From: an uncultured Acidobacteriota bacterium
GTDB lineage: Bacteria; Acidobacteriota; Vicinamibacteria; Fen-336
Length of the DNA stretch: 64,000 bases
Direction of reading: 5' to 3'
NCBI GenBank assembly: GCA_963729875.1
Contig: CAVSPR010000006.1
Location: forward strand, 121,368-185,367
Made by a program: the position numbers and the translations under genes. The first letter of the stretch is position 1. Every line of letters begins with the position of its first letter. This document shows positions 38,835 to 47,849 of the stretch, piece by piece. The notes under the pieces were generated by a model. The model was not told where the DNA came from and searched no databases. It saw only the letters and a list, made by a program, of their open reading frames with translations.

Positions 38835-40337
38835 TCAGGGGGCGCCGCAGCCGCGGCGGCGGTAGATGCGCACGTGCTCGACCACGTCGAGAGGCTCGTA
38901 GGAGGCCGCGACGAACGTGGCGAGCCGGCGCCTCTCCTCCAGCGGAAAGCCCCAGCGCCCGAGGCGCGCGGCCGCCGTGTCGAGCACGTAGGTCGGGCGG
39001 CGCCTCGCGAGGTCGTCGAGAAGCCAGTCCCAGTGCAGCGGGTTCACGAGGCCCTCGCCGGCGCCCGGGTCCCGGTTCCCCGACACGTAGCCGACGAGGC
39101 TGAAGCCCACGAGGAGGAAGCGGCTCGCCGCGGGGAGGCGGGTCTGCGTGTAGAACATCGGGGCCCAGCCCCAGACGAAGAGGGGGCCCTCGCCGAAGCA
39201 ACGGTCCTCGCGGAGCCGCGCGGCGACGCGCGCGAACGCGGGGTGCGTCTCCGTGTAGACGTCGTCGCGGACGAGGTACAGGTAGCCGTTGGCCGCGGTG
39301 AAGCCGACGAGCAGGACCGCGGCCCACGCGACGAAGGCCCGCGCGGCGCGGCCGAGAGGGAGGCGCACGTGCTCCGCGGCCCAGGGAGCGGCCCCGAGGG
39401 CGAGGGGGAAGTAGAGCGGGATCAGGTAGTGGGGGTAGAGCCGCAGGCCCAGGAGAGCGGCGAGGAAGGAGAGCGAGAGGAGCGACGCGACGAGGGCGGC
39501 CTCGTGCTCGCCGAGGGCGCGGCGCGAGCGCCAGGCCGCCCACCACAGGGGAGCGGTGGCCACGAGGAACGGCAGCAGGTACGCGGCCGCTCGCTCGGCC
39601 GTCTCGCCGGCGGACACGGGGTTGGCCGAGTACGCCAGGTTGTGCGTCCAGTTCCAGTAGACGAAGGCGTCGCCCGCCCCGAGGGCGGCGAAAACGCCCC
39701 ACGCAGCGAGCGGCGGCAGCAGGAAGCCTGCGACGAGTAGAGCGAGGCGGCCGAGCAGCCGCGGCCTGCCGTCGCGCCACCCCGCGAGGACGATGGCGAC
39801 CGCGAGCGCCGGTCCCCACGCCGCCGCCTGGTACTTGAAGAGCGTCGCCACGCCCACGAGGAGGCCGGCGGCGAGCGCGCGCGAGGGGCGCCGGGCGGCG
39901 CCCGCGTCCCGGAGCGCGACGACCGCGAGGGCCAGCGGGCCGAGCATCAGGATCTCGCAGTTCACCGCCAGCATGTCGTGGCCGAGAAAGGCGGCGCTCC
40001 AGACGAGGAAGACGAGGCCGGCGAGGAGACCGCGGCGGTCGTGGCCGAAGAACGCCGAGGCGCAGAGGGCGACGAAGGGCACGACGAGGAGGGCGGTCAG
40101 GAGCCGGACCGGCAGCATCCCGTCTCCGATGAGCTGGGCCGCCGCGTACCAGGCGAAGACGAGGGGCGGCTTGTGGTCCGCGAAGTCCACGTAGGGCATG
40201 CCCCCCCGGAGCATCTCGCGGGCGCCGGTCAGGTAGACGGCCTCGTCGAGGTCCACCGTGGGCACGCCCACGAGCACCGCCCGCGTGAGGAAGGCGGCCG
40301 CGGCGAAGAGCAGGAACCTCAGGAGCGCCCGGGGCAC
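38835..40337 (-). CDS. GT-C (ArnT/PMT, GT39/GT83-like) membrane glycosyltransferase
   Basis: DLDEAVY, PYVDFADHKPPL, NCEILM, ATLFKYQ, YPHYLI, FVWG...PAASRF. Confidence 0.85.
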   Translation of the reverse strand: MPRALLRFLLFAAAAFLTRAVLVGVPTVDLDEAVYLTGAREMLRGGMPYVDFADHKPPLVFAWYAAAQLIGDGMLPVRLLTALLVVPFVALCASAFFGHDRRGLLAGLVFLVWSAAFLGHDMLAVNCEILMLGPLALAVVALRDAGAARRPSRALAAGLLVGVATLFKYQAAAWGPALAVAIVLAGWRDGRPRLLGRLALLVAGFLLPPLAAWGVFAALGAGDAFVYWNWTHNLAYSANPVSAGETAERAAAYLLPFLVATAPLWWAAWRSRRALGEHEAALVASLLSLSFLAALLGLRLYPHYLIPLYFPLALGAAPWAAEHVRLPLGRAARAFVAWAAVLLVGFTAANGYLYLVRDDVYTETHPAFARVAARLREDRCFGEGPLFVWGWAPMFYTQTRLPAASRFLLVGFSLVGYVSGNRDPGAGEGLVNPLHWDWLLDDLARRRPTYVLDTAAARLGRWGFPLEERRRLATFVAASYEPLDVVEHVRIYRRRGCGAP

Positions 40338-40411
40338 CCCGCTACTCTAATTCGGGAGCGGCCCGGTGCGCAGGTCGGTCTAAGATCACGGTCTCCAGGG
40401 GGCTCCTCCTC

Positions 40412-41923
40412 GTGAAGCTCGACGCCCGCCGCCTCGCCCTCGTGGCCGCCCTCGTGGCGGCGAGCGCCGTCGTGCGGGCCCCCCTCGTCGCCGCCCCGCC
40501 CCTCTCGGACGAGTCCGCGCACCTGCTGGGCTCCTTCAGCCTGCTCGACGGCGGGCGGCTCTACGTGGACTTCGTCGACAACAAGCCGCCGCTTCTCTAC
40601 GCCGCCTACGCCTCGGCCCAGGCGCTCCTGGGGCGCGGCCTCGGGTCGGTGCGGCTCGTCGCCGTGCTGCTGCTGATCCCGCTCACGGCCCTCGCCGCGT
40701 CGGCCTTCTTCGGGCACGACCGCCGCGGCGTGCTGGCCGCCCTCCTCTACGTGCTGCTCTCCGCCGCCATGGTTCCCGAGGACGCCCTGCCCGTGCACGC
40801 CGAGCTCCTCATGCTGCTGCCGGCGGCCTGGGCCGTCGTGCTGCTGGGGGGCACGGGCGCAACGCGCTCCAGCCCGTGGCCCGACGTCGTGGCCGGGGGG
40901 CTGCTGGGCGTCGCCACGCTCGTGAAGCCCACCGCCGCCTTCTGGCTGGCGGCCGCACCCCTGGCCGTCCTCCGGCGCGACCGAAGCGCGGGTGGCCTTC
41001 GCGCCGCCGCCCGGGCGGGCCTGGGAGCTGCCGCCGGCTTCGTCGTACCGCTCGTCGCGACCGGCCTCGTCTTCGCGCACGCGGGGACGCTCGGGGACCT
41101 CGTCGAGCGGGTGGTGCTCGCCAATGTCCGCTACGTCGGCGCCCCCCTCCCGCTGCTCGAGTGGGCGGCGCGCGCGGCGCGCGGCGCTCTGCCCTGGCTG
41201 GCCGCGACCGCGGCCGCCTGGTGGGCCTACGCGCGGGGGAGAAGGCTCGAAGGGCCAGGCTTCCGGTCGGCGCTGGTGGACGCGCTCGTCCTGTGCTCGA
41301 TCCCCGCCGTGCTGGTGGGTGGCCGCTTCTACGGCCACTACTTCCTCCAGCTGCTCTTCCCGCTGTGCCTCGGGGCGGCCCCGGCTCTCGCCCGGCTCGA
41401 TCGCGCCGCGCGCGCGGCCCTGGCCCTGGTCGCGGCGACGGCGCTCGGCTTTGCGACGGCCAACGCCTGGCTCGTCCTCGTTCGCGACGACGTGGTCGAG
41501 GACACCTTCCCCCTGCACCGCGACGTGGCGGCCTTCCTGCGGGATGACCCGTGCCACGAGGGCGCCTCCGTCTTCGTCTGGGGGATCGCGCCCCGGCTCT
41601 ACGTCGAGACGGGGCTGCGGCCGGCCTCCCGCTTCGTGCTCCCGCAGGAGACGATCAGCGGACACCAGCCGGGCCGGCGGGCGATGGCGCCGTCCGTGGT
41701 CGAGGCGGACCGCCGTCTGCTGCTGGCCGACCTCCAGGCGAGCGCGCCGGCGTACATCCTCGACCTCGCCCCCTCGGGCTTCCACCGGTGGGACCGCTTC
41801 CCGCTGACGACGTTTCCCGCCCTTCTCGGCCTCGTCCGCCGCGAGTACGAGATCGCGGGCGTGGTGGACGGCGTCGTGATCCACCGGCGCCTCGGGTGCG
41901 TCGGCCCGGGATCGATGCGCTGA
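40412..41923 (+). CDS. GT-C (ArnT/PMT-like) membrane glycosyltransferase, divergent paralog
   Basis: SDESAH, LYVDFVDNKPPL, HAELLM, ATLVKP, YGHYFL, FVWG...PASRF. Confidence 0.85.
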   Translation: MKLDARRLALVAALVAASAVVRAPLVAAPPLSDESAHLLGSFSLLDGGRLYVDFVDNKPPLLYAAYASAQALLGRGLGSVRLVAVLLLIPLTALAASAFFGHDRRGVLAALLYVLLSAAMVPEDALPVHAELLMLLPAAWAVVLLGGTGATRSSPWPDVVAGGLLGVATLVKPTAAFWLAAAPLAVLRRDRSAGGLRAAARAGLGAAAGFVVPLVATGLVFAHAGTLGDLVERVVLANVRYVGAPLPLLEWAARAARGALPWLAATAAAWWAYARGRRLEGPGFRSALVDALVLCSIPAVLVGGRFYGHYFLQLLFPLCLGAAPALARLDRAARAALALVAATALGFATANAWLVLVRDDVVEDTFPLHRDVAAFLRDDPCHEGASVFVWGIAPRLYVETGLRPASRFVLPQETISGHQPGRRAMAPSVVEADRRLLLADLQASAPAYILDLAPSGFHRWDRFPLTTFPALLGLVRREYEIAGVVDGVVIHRRLGCVGPGSMR

Positions 41924-42058
41924 CCCTCCCGAGCGGCGAAACCTCAAGAAAGGCCTTGCGGACGCGCGACGGCTCTATCTAGAATCCGCGAATAGGCCAA
42001 TCGGTCTGTTTAATTTAAGACGCCTTAAACGCTCGATTCATCGAGTTGGAGGGACAGG

Positions 42059-42559
42059 GTGGCTTGGGCTTTCGCCTACGGGAGCCTGATGGGAGACGCG
42101 GTGCTCGGCCGGTACCCCGCGCGCCCGGCCCGGCTCCCCGGGTTTCGGCGCGCCTTCCTGCACTCGTCCACGAGGCGGTGGGGCACGCCCGAGCGCCCTT
42201 GCCCGATCCTCGGCCTCGCCCCGGGCGGCGAGTGCTGGGGGCTCGTCTTCGACGTCGCGGAGGGAGAGCGCGGGGCGGTCGAGCGCGCGCTCGCGAAGCG
42301 TGAGGCGGCCGCGGAGCGCCGCCGCGAGACCCGGGCCGTCGAGGTGCCGGGGGGCACGGTGGCGGCGTGGGTGTGGGTCTCGCTCGCGTCGAACGGCGGT
42401 GGAGAGACCGACCTGGTCGCGCTCGAGGCGCGCCTGCGCGCGGCGCACGGGGTCGTGGGCACCGGCGTCGAGTACGTGCGAACGGTCGTCCACGCGATGG
42501 ACCTGCACGGGATCCAGGACTCTCTGGTGGCCGCGCTCTGGGCGCGGCTCGGGGGCTGA
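42059..42559 (+). CDS. ChaC-like gamma-glutamylcyclotransferase
   Basis: FAYGSLM, GFRRAF, WGTPERP, ECWGLVF, KREA, GTGVEYV. Confidence 0.85.
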   Translation: MAWAFAYGSLMGDAVLGRYPARPARLPGFRRAFLHSSTRRWGTPERPCPILGLAPGGECWGLVFDVAEGERGAVERALAKREAAAERRRETRAVEVPGGTVAAWVWVSLASNGGGETDLVALEARLRAAHGVVGTGVEYVRTVVHAMDLHGIQDSLVAALWARLGG

Positions 42560-42566
42560 GGCGACG

Positions 42567-43658
42567 ATGCTCCTCTACATCACCGCCGAGGACGTGCTGG
42601 GGAGCGGCGCCCCGGAGCGCCGGGGGCCCCGCCCGCTGCACGCGATCCCCTCGACCCTGTCCGGCCTCTTCGACCTCGGCCTCCGGCACCACGTGCGCCC
42701 GGCGGCCCTGGCCTGGTGGGAGAACGGCTCGCTCGAGCCGGTGCCGGACTGGCGGTTCGACCGGCTCGCGATCCGGCTCGCCCTGTTCGCGCGCGAGCGC
42801 CTGGGCGTCGAGCCGGGGGGCCGCGTGGCCGTGGTGGGCCGGCTCGGGTGGCTGTGGCCGGCCCTGGACTTCGCGGCGATGGGCTTCGGCGTGACGCCCG
42901 TCGGCGTCGAGCACGACGTGGAGGACGAGGCCCTCTCGTCGATCGTCGCCGAGGCCGCGCCGCGGGTCGCGTTCGCGACGGACGGCGAGTCCGCCGGACG
43001 GCTCGCCCGGCTGCGGCTGCAGGGCCGGCTCGGGGACGCGATCGTGGCGGCCGAGGGCCTGCCCCGGGAGCAGGGGCTGCTGCCCCTCGCCGATCTCCTG
43101 GGCCTGGCCTCCGTGCTCGACACCGCGGAGAGGGCCCAGGCGTTCCGCGCCTTCTCGCGCCAGGTCGCGCCCGACGATCCCGCCCTGTGGCACGCCGGTC
43201 CGCGCGGGAGCGTCCGCCTGACCCACCGGGAGGCGATGGCGGGGGTGGCGGACGGTCTGCGGTCGCGTCCCGCCCGCGAGGGCGACGTGGCGTACGTCGA
43301 CGCCCCCCGCGTGACGCTCAAGAAGCGGCTGGCCGTGGCGGCCTTCGTGGGCGACGGCCACACCACGACGGTGCTGGGGCGCGAGGGGCGGGCCGCCGAG
43401 GACGTGGCGGTGACCCGGCCGCACAAGGCCGTCTCGTCGGAGGGCTGGCCGCCGACCCTGTGCGACGGCCGGGGCTCGCGGTGGCCGGGCGGCCTCGACC
43501 GGTGGCGGGCGCGACGCCGGGTGCAGGAGGCCTTCGGGGGCCGCCTGCGCTGGCTCGAGGCGGGCTCGTCTCTCGGCGGGGACGCCGTGCGCGCTCTCGC
43601 CGCCGCGGGCATCGCCGTGGAGGTCGGGGACAGGGAGGCGCCTGCTCGGGCGTCGTGA
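42567..43658 (+). CDS. truncated/degenerate AMP-binding (long-chain acyl-CoA synthetase-like) protein
   Basis: LGVEPGGRVAVVG...LDFAAMGFG; PDDPALWH...VRLTH; EAFGGRLR; lacks YTSGTTG and the C-terminal domain. Confidence 0.7.
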   Translation: MLLYITAEDVLGSGAPERRGPRPLHAIPSTLSGLFDLGLRHHVRPAALAWWENGSLEPVPDWRFDRLAIRLALFARERLGVEPGGRVAVVGRLGWLWPALDFAAMGFGVTPVGVEHDVEDEALSSIVAEAAPRVAFATDGESAGRLARLRLQGRLGDAIVAAEGLPREQGLLPLADLLGLASVLDTAERAQAFRAFSRQVAPDDPALWHAGPRGSVRLTHREAMAGVADGLRSRPAREGDVAYVDAPRVTLKKRLAVAAFVGDGHTTTVLGREGRAAEDVAVTRPHKAVSSEGWPPTLCDGRGSRWPGGLDRWRARRRVQEAFGGRLRWLEAGSSLGGDAVRALAAAGIAVEVGDREAPARAS

Positions 43659-43707
43659 GCCGCGTGCGGCCCGGAGCGGGCCGCACGCGTGTGGGGAGGA
43701 GACAGTC

Positions 43708-45552
43708 ATGGAGCTGCTTCAGCAGATCGGCGAGCTGGCGTGGAAGGCCTTTCAGTCGGTGAACATGCGCCTCCCCGAGGGACGCTCGGTCGAGCCGCGG
43801 TGGGCGCCCGGACCCCTGCCGAAGTCCCACGAGAGGACGCGCCCTCCGCTCGGCTACCCCCGCGAGACCGACTCGCTCTGCCCCCGCTGCGTCATCGATG
43901 CGCGGAAGAAGATCCTGAGCGGCGAGCGCGACATCTCCGACCTGGTGAACGGGCACGTTGGCGAGATCAAGGCCACCTTCCACGTGAAGGGACGGGAGCT
44001 CTGGGTGACCAAGACCTGCCCCGACCACGGCACGTTCGACGACCTGCGCTCGATCGACGTCGAGTTCGACCGCGTGATCGAGCGCCGCTACCCGGGCCGC
44101 GACTTCCGTACGCTCGGGGACGCCCTCGTCCACCGCCACGGGACGTCCACCGTCCGCTACGGCCGGGGCGCCGTCCTCACCGTGGACCTCACGAACCGCT
44201 GCAACATGATGTGCAACCCCTGCTTCATGGACGCCAACCAGGTGGGCTACGTGCACGAGCTGACGTTCGAGGAGGTGCGGAAGATCCTCGACGACTCGAT
44301 CTCCTTCAAGCCGCGGCGGCAGATGGTCGTGCAATACTCCGGGGGCGAGCCGACCCTCTCCCCACACTTCCTCGAGGCCTGCGCCTACGCGAAGAAGGTC
44401 GGCTACAAGCTCGTCCAGGCCGCCACCAACGGCCTGCGCTTCGCCCTCGAGCCGGAGTTCGCCTTCCAGGCACGGGAAGCCGGGCTCGACATGGTCTACC
44501 TCCAGTTCGACGGGACGACGAACGAGTCGAACGCCCACCGCCACATCACGAACCTCTTCGACGTCCGGCAGGTGGCCATCGACAACCTGGCCGCCGCGGG
44601 GATCCGCATCACGCCGGTGGTGACCGTGGTGAACGGCGTGAACAACCACCAGGTCGGCCCGATCTTCGACTTCTGCCTCGCGAACCACGAGAAGATGGGC
44701 GGCCCCGCCTTCCAACCGGTCTCCTTCACCGGGCGCGACGAGGAAGTGAGCGACGAGGTGCGCCTGCGCCAGCGCTACACGACCTCCCACCTCGCCCACG
44801 ACCTCGCCCGGCACTACGGCGGGAAGATCGATCCCTACCGGGACTGGTACCCGCTCGGGGCGTCCACCGCCTTCGCCGCGCTCGCCGACCACCTCAAGGG
44901 GCCCGAGCAGGACTTCGGCCAGCTCAACTGCGGCTGCCACCCCAACTGCGGCGCGGCCACGATGATGGTCGCCAACTCCCGCACCGGCCAGTGGGCGACG
45001 GTCATGTCGTTCTTCGACCTCGAGCGGTTCTCCCGCGACCTCGACGTCGTCGTCGACTCCGCCCGCGGGCGGACGCTCACCGTCGCCCAGATCGGCCTCT
45101 CCTTCCTCCGCAACTTCGACGAGAGGAAGGCGCCCGCCGGCCTCACTCCCCGGGTGATGCTGGAGCTGTTCAGCGGGAAGATGGGGGGCGGGGTGACGTC
45201 GGACAAGCCGGCCGCGAAGAGCGAGTGGCGCATCACCACGATCCTCAGCATGTGGTTCCAGGACCTGTGGAACTACGACTTCCGGAGGACCGAGATGTGC
45301 GTCATCCCCTACGGCACGCAGGAGGGGGAGATCTCGTTCTGCGCCTACAACACCGGGGTCGGGTGGCGGCAGATCATCGAGGAGATGCGGCAGGTGGCGA
45401 GCACCCAGGACTGGTTCCGGGAAAAGGGACGGCACCAGATCTACGCGGGGAACCGTCCCGTCCCCCTGCCCACCGCCCTGAAGCGCAAGATCCCCCTGAT
45501 GGCGGGGGAGCCGTCGGGAGGCGGCTGCGGGACGGGCTGCGGCTGTCACTGA
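43708..45552 (+). CDS. tes: radical SAM protein, tetraether lipid synthase (Tes/GDGT-MAS, MJ0619) family
   Basis: N-terminal CPRC...KTCPDHG; DLTNRCNMMCNPCF; SGGEPT; YLQFDG; FQPVSFTGR; CHPNCG; FQDLWNYD...CVIPY...SFCAYN. Confidence 0.8.
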   Translation: MELLQQIGELAWKAFQSVNMRLPEGRSVEPRWAPGPLPKSHERTRPPLGYPRETDSLCPRCVIDARKKILSGERDISDLVNGHVGEIKATFHVKGRELWVTKTCPDHGTFDDLRSIDVEFDRVIERRYPGRDFRTLGDALVHRHGTSTVRYGRGAVLTVDLTNRCNMMCNPCFMDANQVGYVHELTFEEVRKILDDSISFKPRRQMVVQYSGGEPTLSPHFLEACAYAKKVGYKLVQAATNGLRFALEPEFAFQAREAGLDMVYLQFDGTTNESNAHRHITNLFDVRQVAIDNLAAAGIRITPVVTVVNGVNNHQVGPIFDFCLANHEKMGGPAFQPVSFTGRDEEVSDEVRLRQRYTTSHLAHDLARHYGGKIDPYRDWYPLGASTAFAALADHLKGPEQDFGQLNCGCHPNCGAATMMVANSRTGQWATVMSFFDLERFSRDLDVVVDSARGRTLTVAQIGLSFLRNFDERKAPAGLTPRVMLELFSGKMGGGVTSDKPAAKSEWRITTILSMWFQDLWNYDFRRTEMCVIPYGTQEGEISFCAYNTGVGWRQIIEEMRQVASTQDWFREKGRHQIYAGNRPVPLPTALKRKIPLMAGEPSGGGCGTGCGCH

Positions 45553-45604
45553 CCGGGCGGCGGCGCGCACCGGTCGACGACGGTCACCGCCCGCGGGCGG
45601 CGGC

Positions 45605-46360
45605 CTAGAAACGGACCAGGAAGCCGGCCGTGGCGTGGATGTCGTGCTCGGCCTCTCCGCTGAGGAAGTGGTCGGTCACGAGGTAGTCGACCACGTCCAC
45701 GCGGGCGCCGACCCGGCCGAAGTAGATCTTGAGCCCCGCCCCGAAGCGCAGCGTGAAGTCCGTCTCGGACTCCCGGGCCCCGTCGTACGAGACCCCACCC
45801 GCCCCGAAGATCACGAAGGGGCGCACGTCTCCGCCCGTGATGTCGTAGGTGAGGCCGCCGCCGTAGTGCCACGCGGTGACGCTGCGGGTGCGGAGGCCTT
45901 CGAGGTCGACGCCGGCGACATCGGCCATGCCCGGCCCCCGCCCCCAGGGCCAGGGACCCTGCCCACGGTCGCCTCCCGCGCGGCCGTAACAGCGGCCTTC
46001 GACGCAAAGCTCGCCCCCGACCTCGAGGTCGTGCGTCGGCGCGACGGCGAAGTCGGCCTCGACCGCGAGCCGGCCCTTCACGTAGCGGGAGTACCGGACC
46101 CCGAAGAGCGCGCTCCCGCCGAGCGACGTGTCCGTGCGGACCTCGATGTCCGGGAACCCCGGCCAGCGGTCGCCGGCCCAGCCGGGCATGCCGATTGTCA
46201 TGTCCTGACCCCCGGTGGCGTCCAGGATGGACGCGCCCCCGAAGACCACGACCTCGTTCTTCGCGTCCGCCGCGGGTCCATCCGCGGTCGCGACCCTCGC
46301 CCCGCCCAGGAGGGCGAAGCCCATCAGGAACCCGGCTCCCACGACTCCACGATGTCTCAT
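45605..46360 (-). CDS. outer-membrane beta-barrel protein (OmpA/OmpW-like 8-strand)
   Basis: Signal peptide; VRPFVIFGAG, FGAGLKIYF, terminal GFLVRF. Confidence 0.8.
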   Translation of the reverse strand: MRHRGVVGAGFLMGFALLGGARVATADGPAADAKNEVVVFGGASILDATGGQDMTIGMPGWAGDRWPGFPDIEVRTDTSLGGSALFGVRYSRYVKGRLAVEADFAVAPTHDLEVGGELCVEGRCYGRAGGDRGQGPWPWGRGPGMADVAGVDLEGLRTRSVTAWHYGGGLTYDITGGDVRPFVIFGAGGVSYDGARESETDFTLRFGAGLKIYFGRVGARVDVVDYLVTDHFLSGEAEHDIHATAGFLVRF

Positions 46361-46531
46361 CAGTCTCTTCTCCTGGTCACGCCGCATCAGGTGACGGAGC
46401 CATTGGACCAGAAAGCCACGCGTCAGCATGTCAAGACGTCGCCGGCGGCGGCAAAGAGTTGTGAAGGCCCGCTCGGCGCGTCGCAACTAGAATAGCGTGC
46501 CAGCTCCGTTCCCGTCGTGGGAGGACCTGTC

Positions 46532-47197
46532 ATGAGAAAGACGACGCTTCCGCTCGCCGCACTGGCGATGCTGGCCTTCCCGGTGGCCGCCACCGCCCAG
46601 GAGCCGGCGCCGGCGAGCCCGCCGCCGGCCGCGCCCGAGGCCGAGGCCGAGGAGACCGGCTGGGAGTTCGGCCTGGCGGGGGCGCTGTACGTCCTGCCCG
46701 ACGAGGGGGACTACGTCCAGCCGACGTTCAGGGCGGACCACCGGCTCTTCCACTTCGAGACCCGGTACAACTACGAGGACCGCGACTCGACGTCGTTCTT
46801 CGTCGGCGCGAACTTCGAGTTCGGGGACAAGGTGAAGCTCTCCCTGACCCCGATGATCGGCGCCGTCGCCGGGCAGACGGACGGGATCATCCCGGGCCTC
46901 GAGGCGGACCTGTCGGCCTGGAAGCTCGAGTGGTACGGGGAGGCCGAATACGTGTTCGACCTCGAGGACAGCGAGTCGAACTACTTCTACATGTGGTCGG
47001 AGCTCAGTCTTTGGCCGACGGAGTGGCTGCGCGCGGGGGTGGTGACGCAGCGGACGCGCGTCTATCAGACGGACCGGGACGTCCAGCGGGGGCTGCTCGC
47101 GGGCTTCACGTTCAGGAAGGTCGACGGCACGGTCTACTTCTTCAACCCCGGCGCCGACGACCACTTCACGGTCGTCTCCCTCGGCGTCTCGTTCTGA
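46532..47197 (+). CDS. outer-membrane beta-barrel hypothetical protein
   Basis: GGAGG SD; signal peptide; ETRYNYED; terminal LGVSF. Confidence 0.8.
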   Translation: MRKTTLPLAALAMLAFPVAATAQEPAPASPPPAAPEAEAEETGWEFGLAGALYVLPDEGDYVQPTFRADHRLFHFETRYNYEDRDSTSFFVGANFEFGDKVKLSLTPMIGAVAGQTDGIIPGLEADLSAWKLEWYGEAEYVFDLEDSESNYFYMWSELSLWPTEWLRAGVVTQRTRVYQTDRDVQRGLLAGFTFRKVDGTVYFFNPGADDHFTVVSLGVSF

Positions 47198-47731
47198 TCA
47201 CCCTTCCTCGGTCCGGGCCAGGGCGACGCAGTCCTCGAAGCGGGCGACGAGGGGGGGAGCGTTCCGGCCGAGGTACTGGCGGACGCCGTCGAGGTCGAGG
47301 CCGGCCTTGAGGAGCTCGACGACGTCGGCGCGGTCCTTGAGACGCGGCGACTTCAGCTTGAGATAGACGAGCGTTCCGGCCGAGACCACCGGTACCTCGT
47401 CGGGGCTGGGTGGTGGCAGCGATTGGGCCAGGAACGACTCGTCTCCGCTCGTCGAGAGCAGGTCCACGCTGACGCCGTCGATCTGGATCGGAACACCCGG
47501 CTTCAGCGTCACCAGTCCTCCCGCCCGGCGCTCGAACGCTTCGTCGCCGACGAGCAGGTCCACGTCTTGCGTGTTGCGGGGGTAGCCGTGGGCCCCCACC
47601 GCCAGCCCGCCCGCAACCGCGTGGCGGACGCCCAGGGCGGTGAGCGCGCGCGAGGCGCTTCGCATCGCGGCGAGCACGCGCGGAGAGACCGCGTCTTCCA
47701 GGAGGCGCAAGTCGGGCGTCGTGGGGGACAT
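47198..47731 (-). CDS. polymerase-beta superfamily nucleotidyltransferase (orphan)
   Basis: VAGGLAVGAHGYPRNTQDVDLLV; LKLKSPRLKDRADV. Confidence 0.82.
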   Translation of the reverse strand: MSPTTPDLRLLEDAVSPRVLAAMRSASRALTALGVRHAVAGGLAVGAHGYPRNTQDVDLLVGDEAFERRAGGLVTLKPGVPIQIDGVSVDLLSTSGDESFLAQSLPPPSPDEVPVVSAGTLVYLKLKSPRLKDRADVVELLKAGLDLDGVRQYLGRNAPPLVARFEDCVALARTEEG

Positions 47732-47849
47732 CGATCGGTTCCTCGGGATCGAAAGATGCGGCCTCGTCAGCACGCCTCAGTATGCCACGCCGTGCGGTGG
47801 GCGGACGCGGCCCCGGCGGGGGCGTCGATCGGCTGGCGTACCTGTGCGG

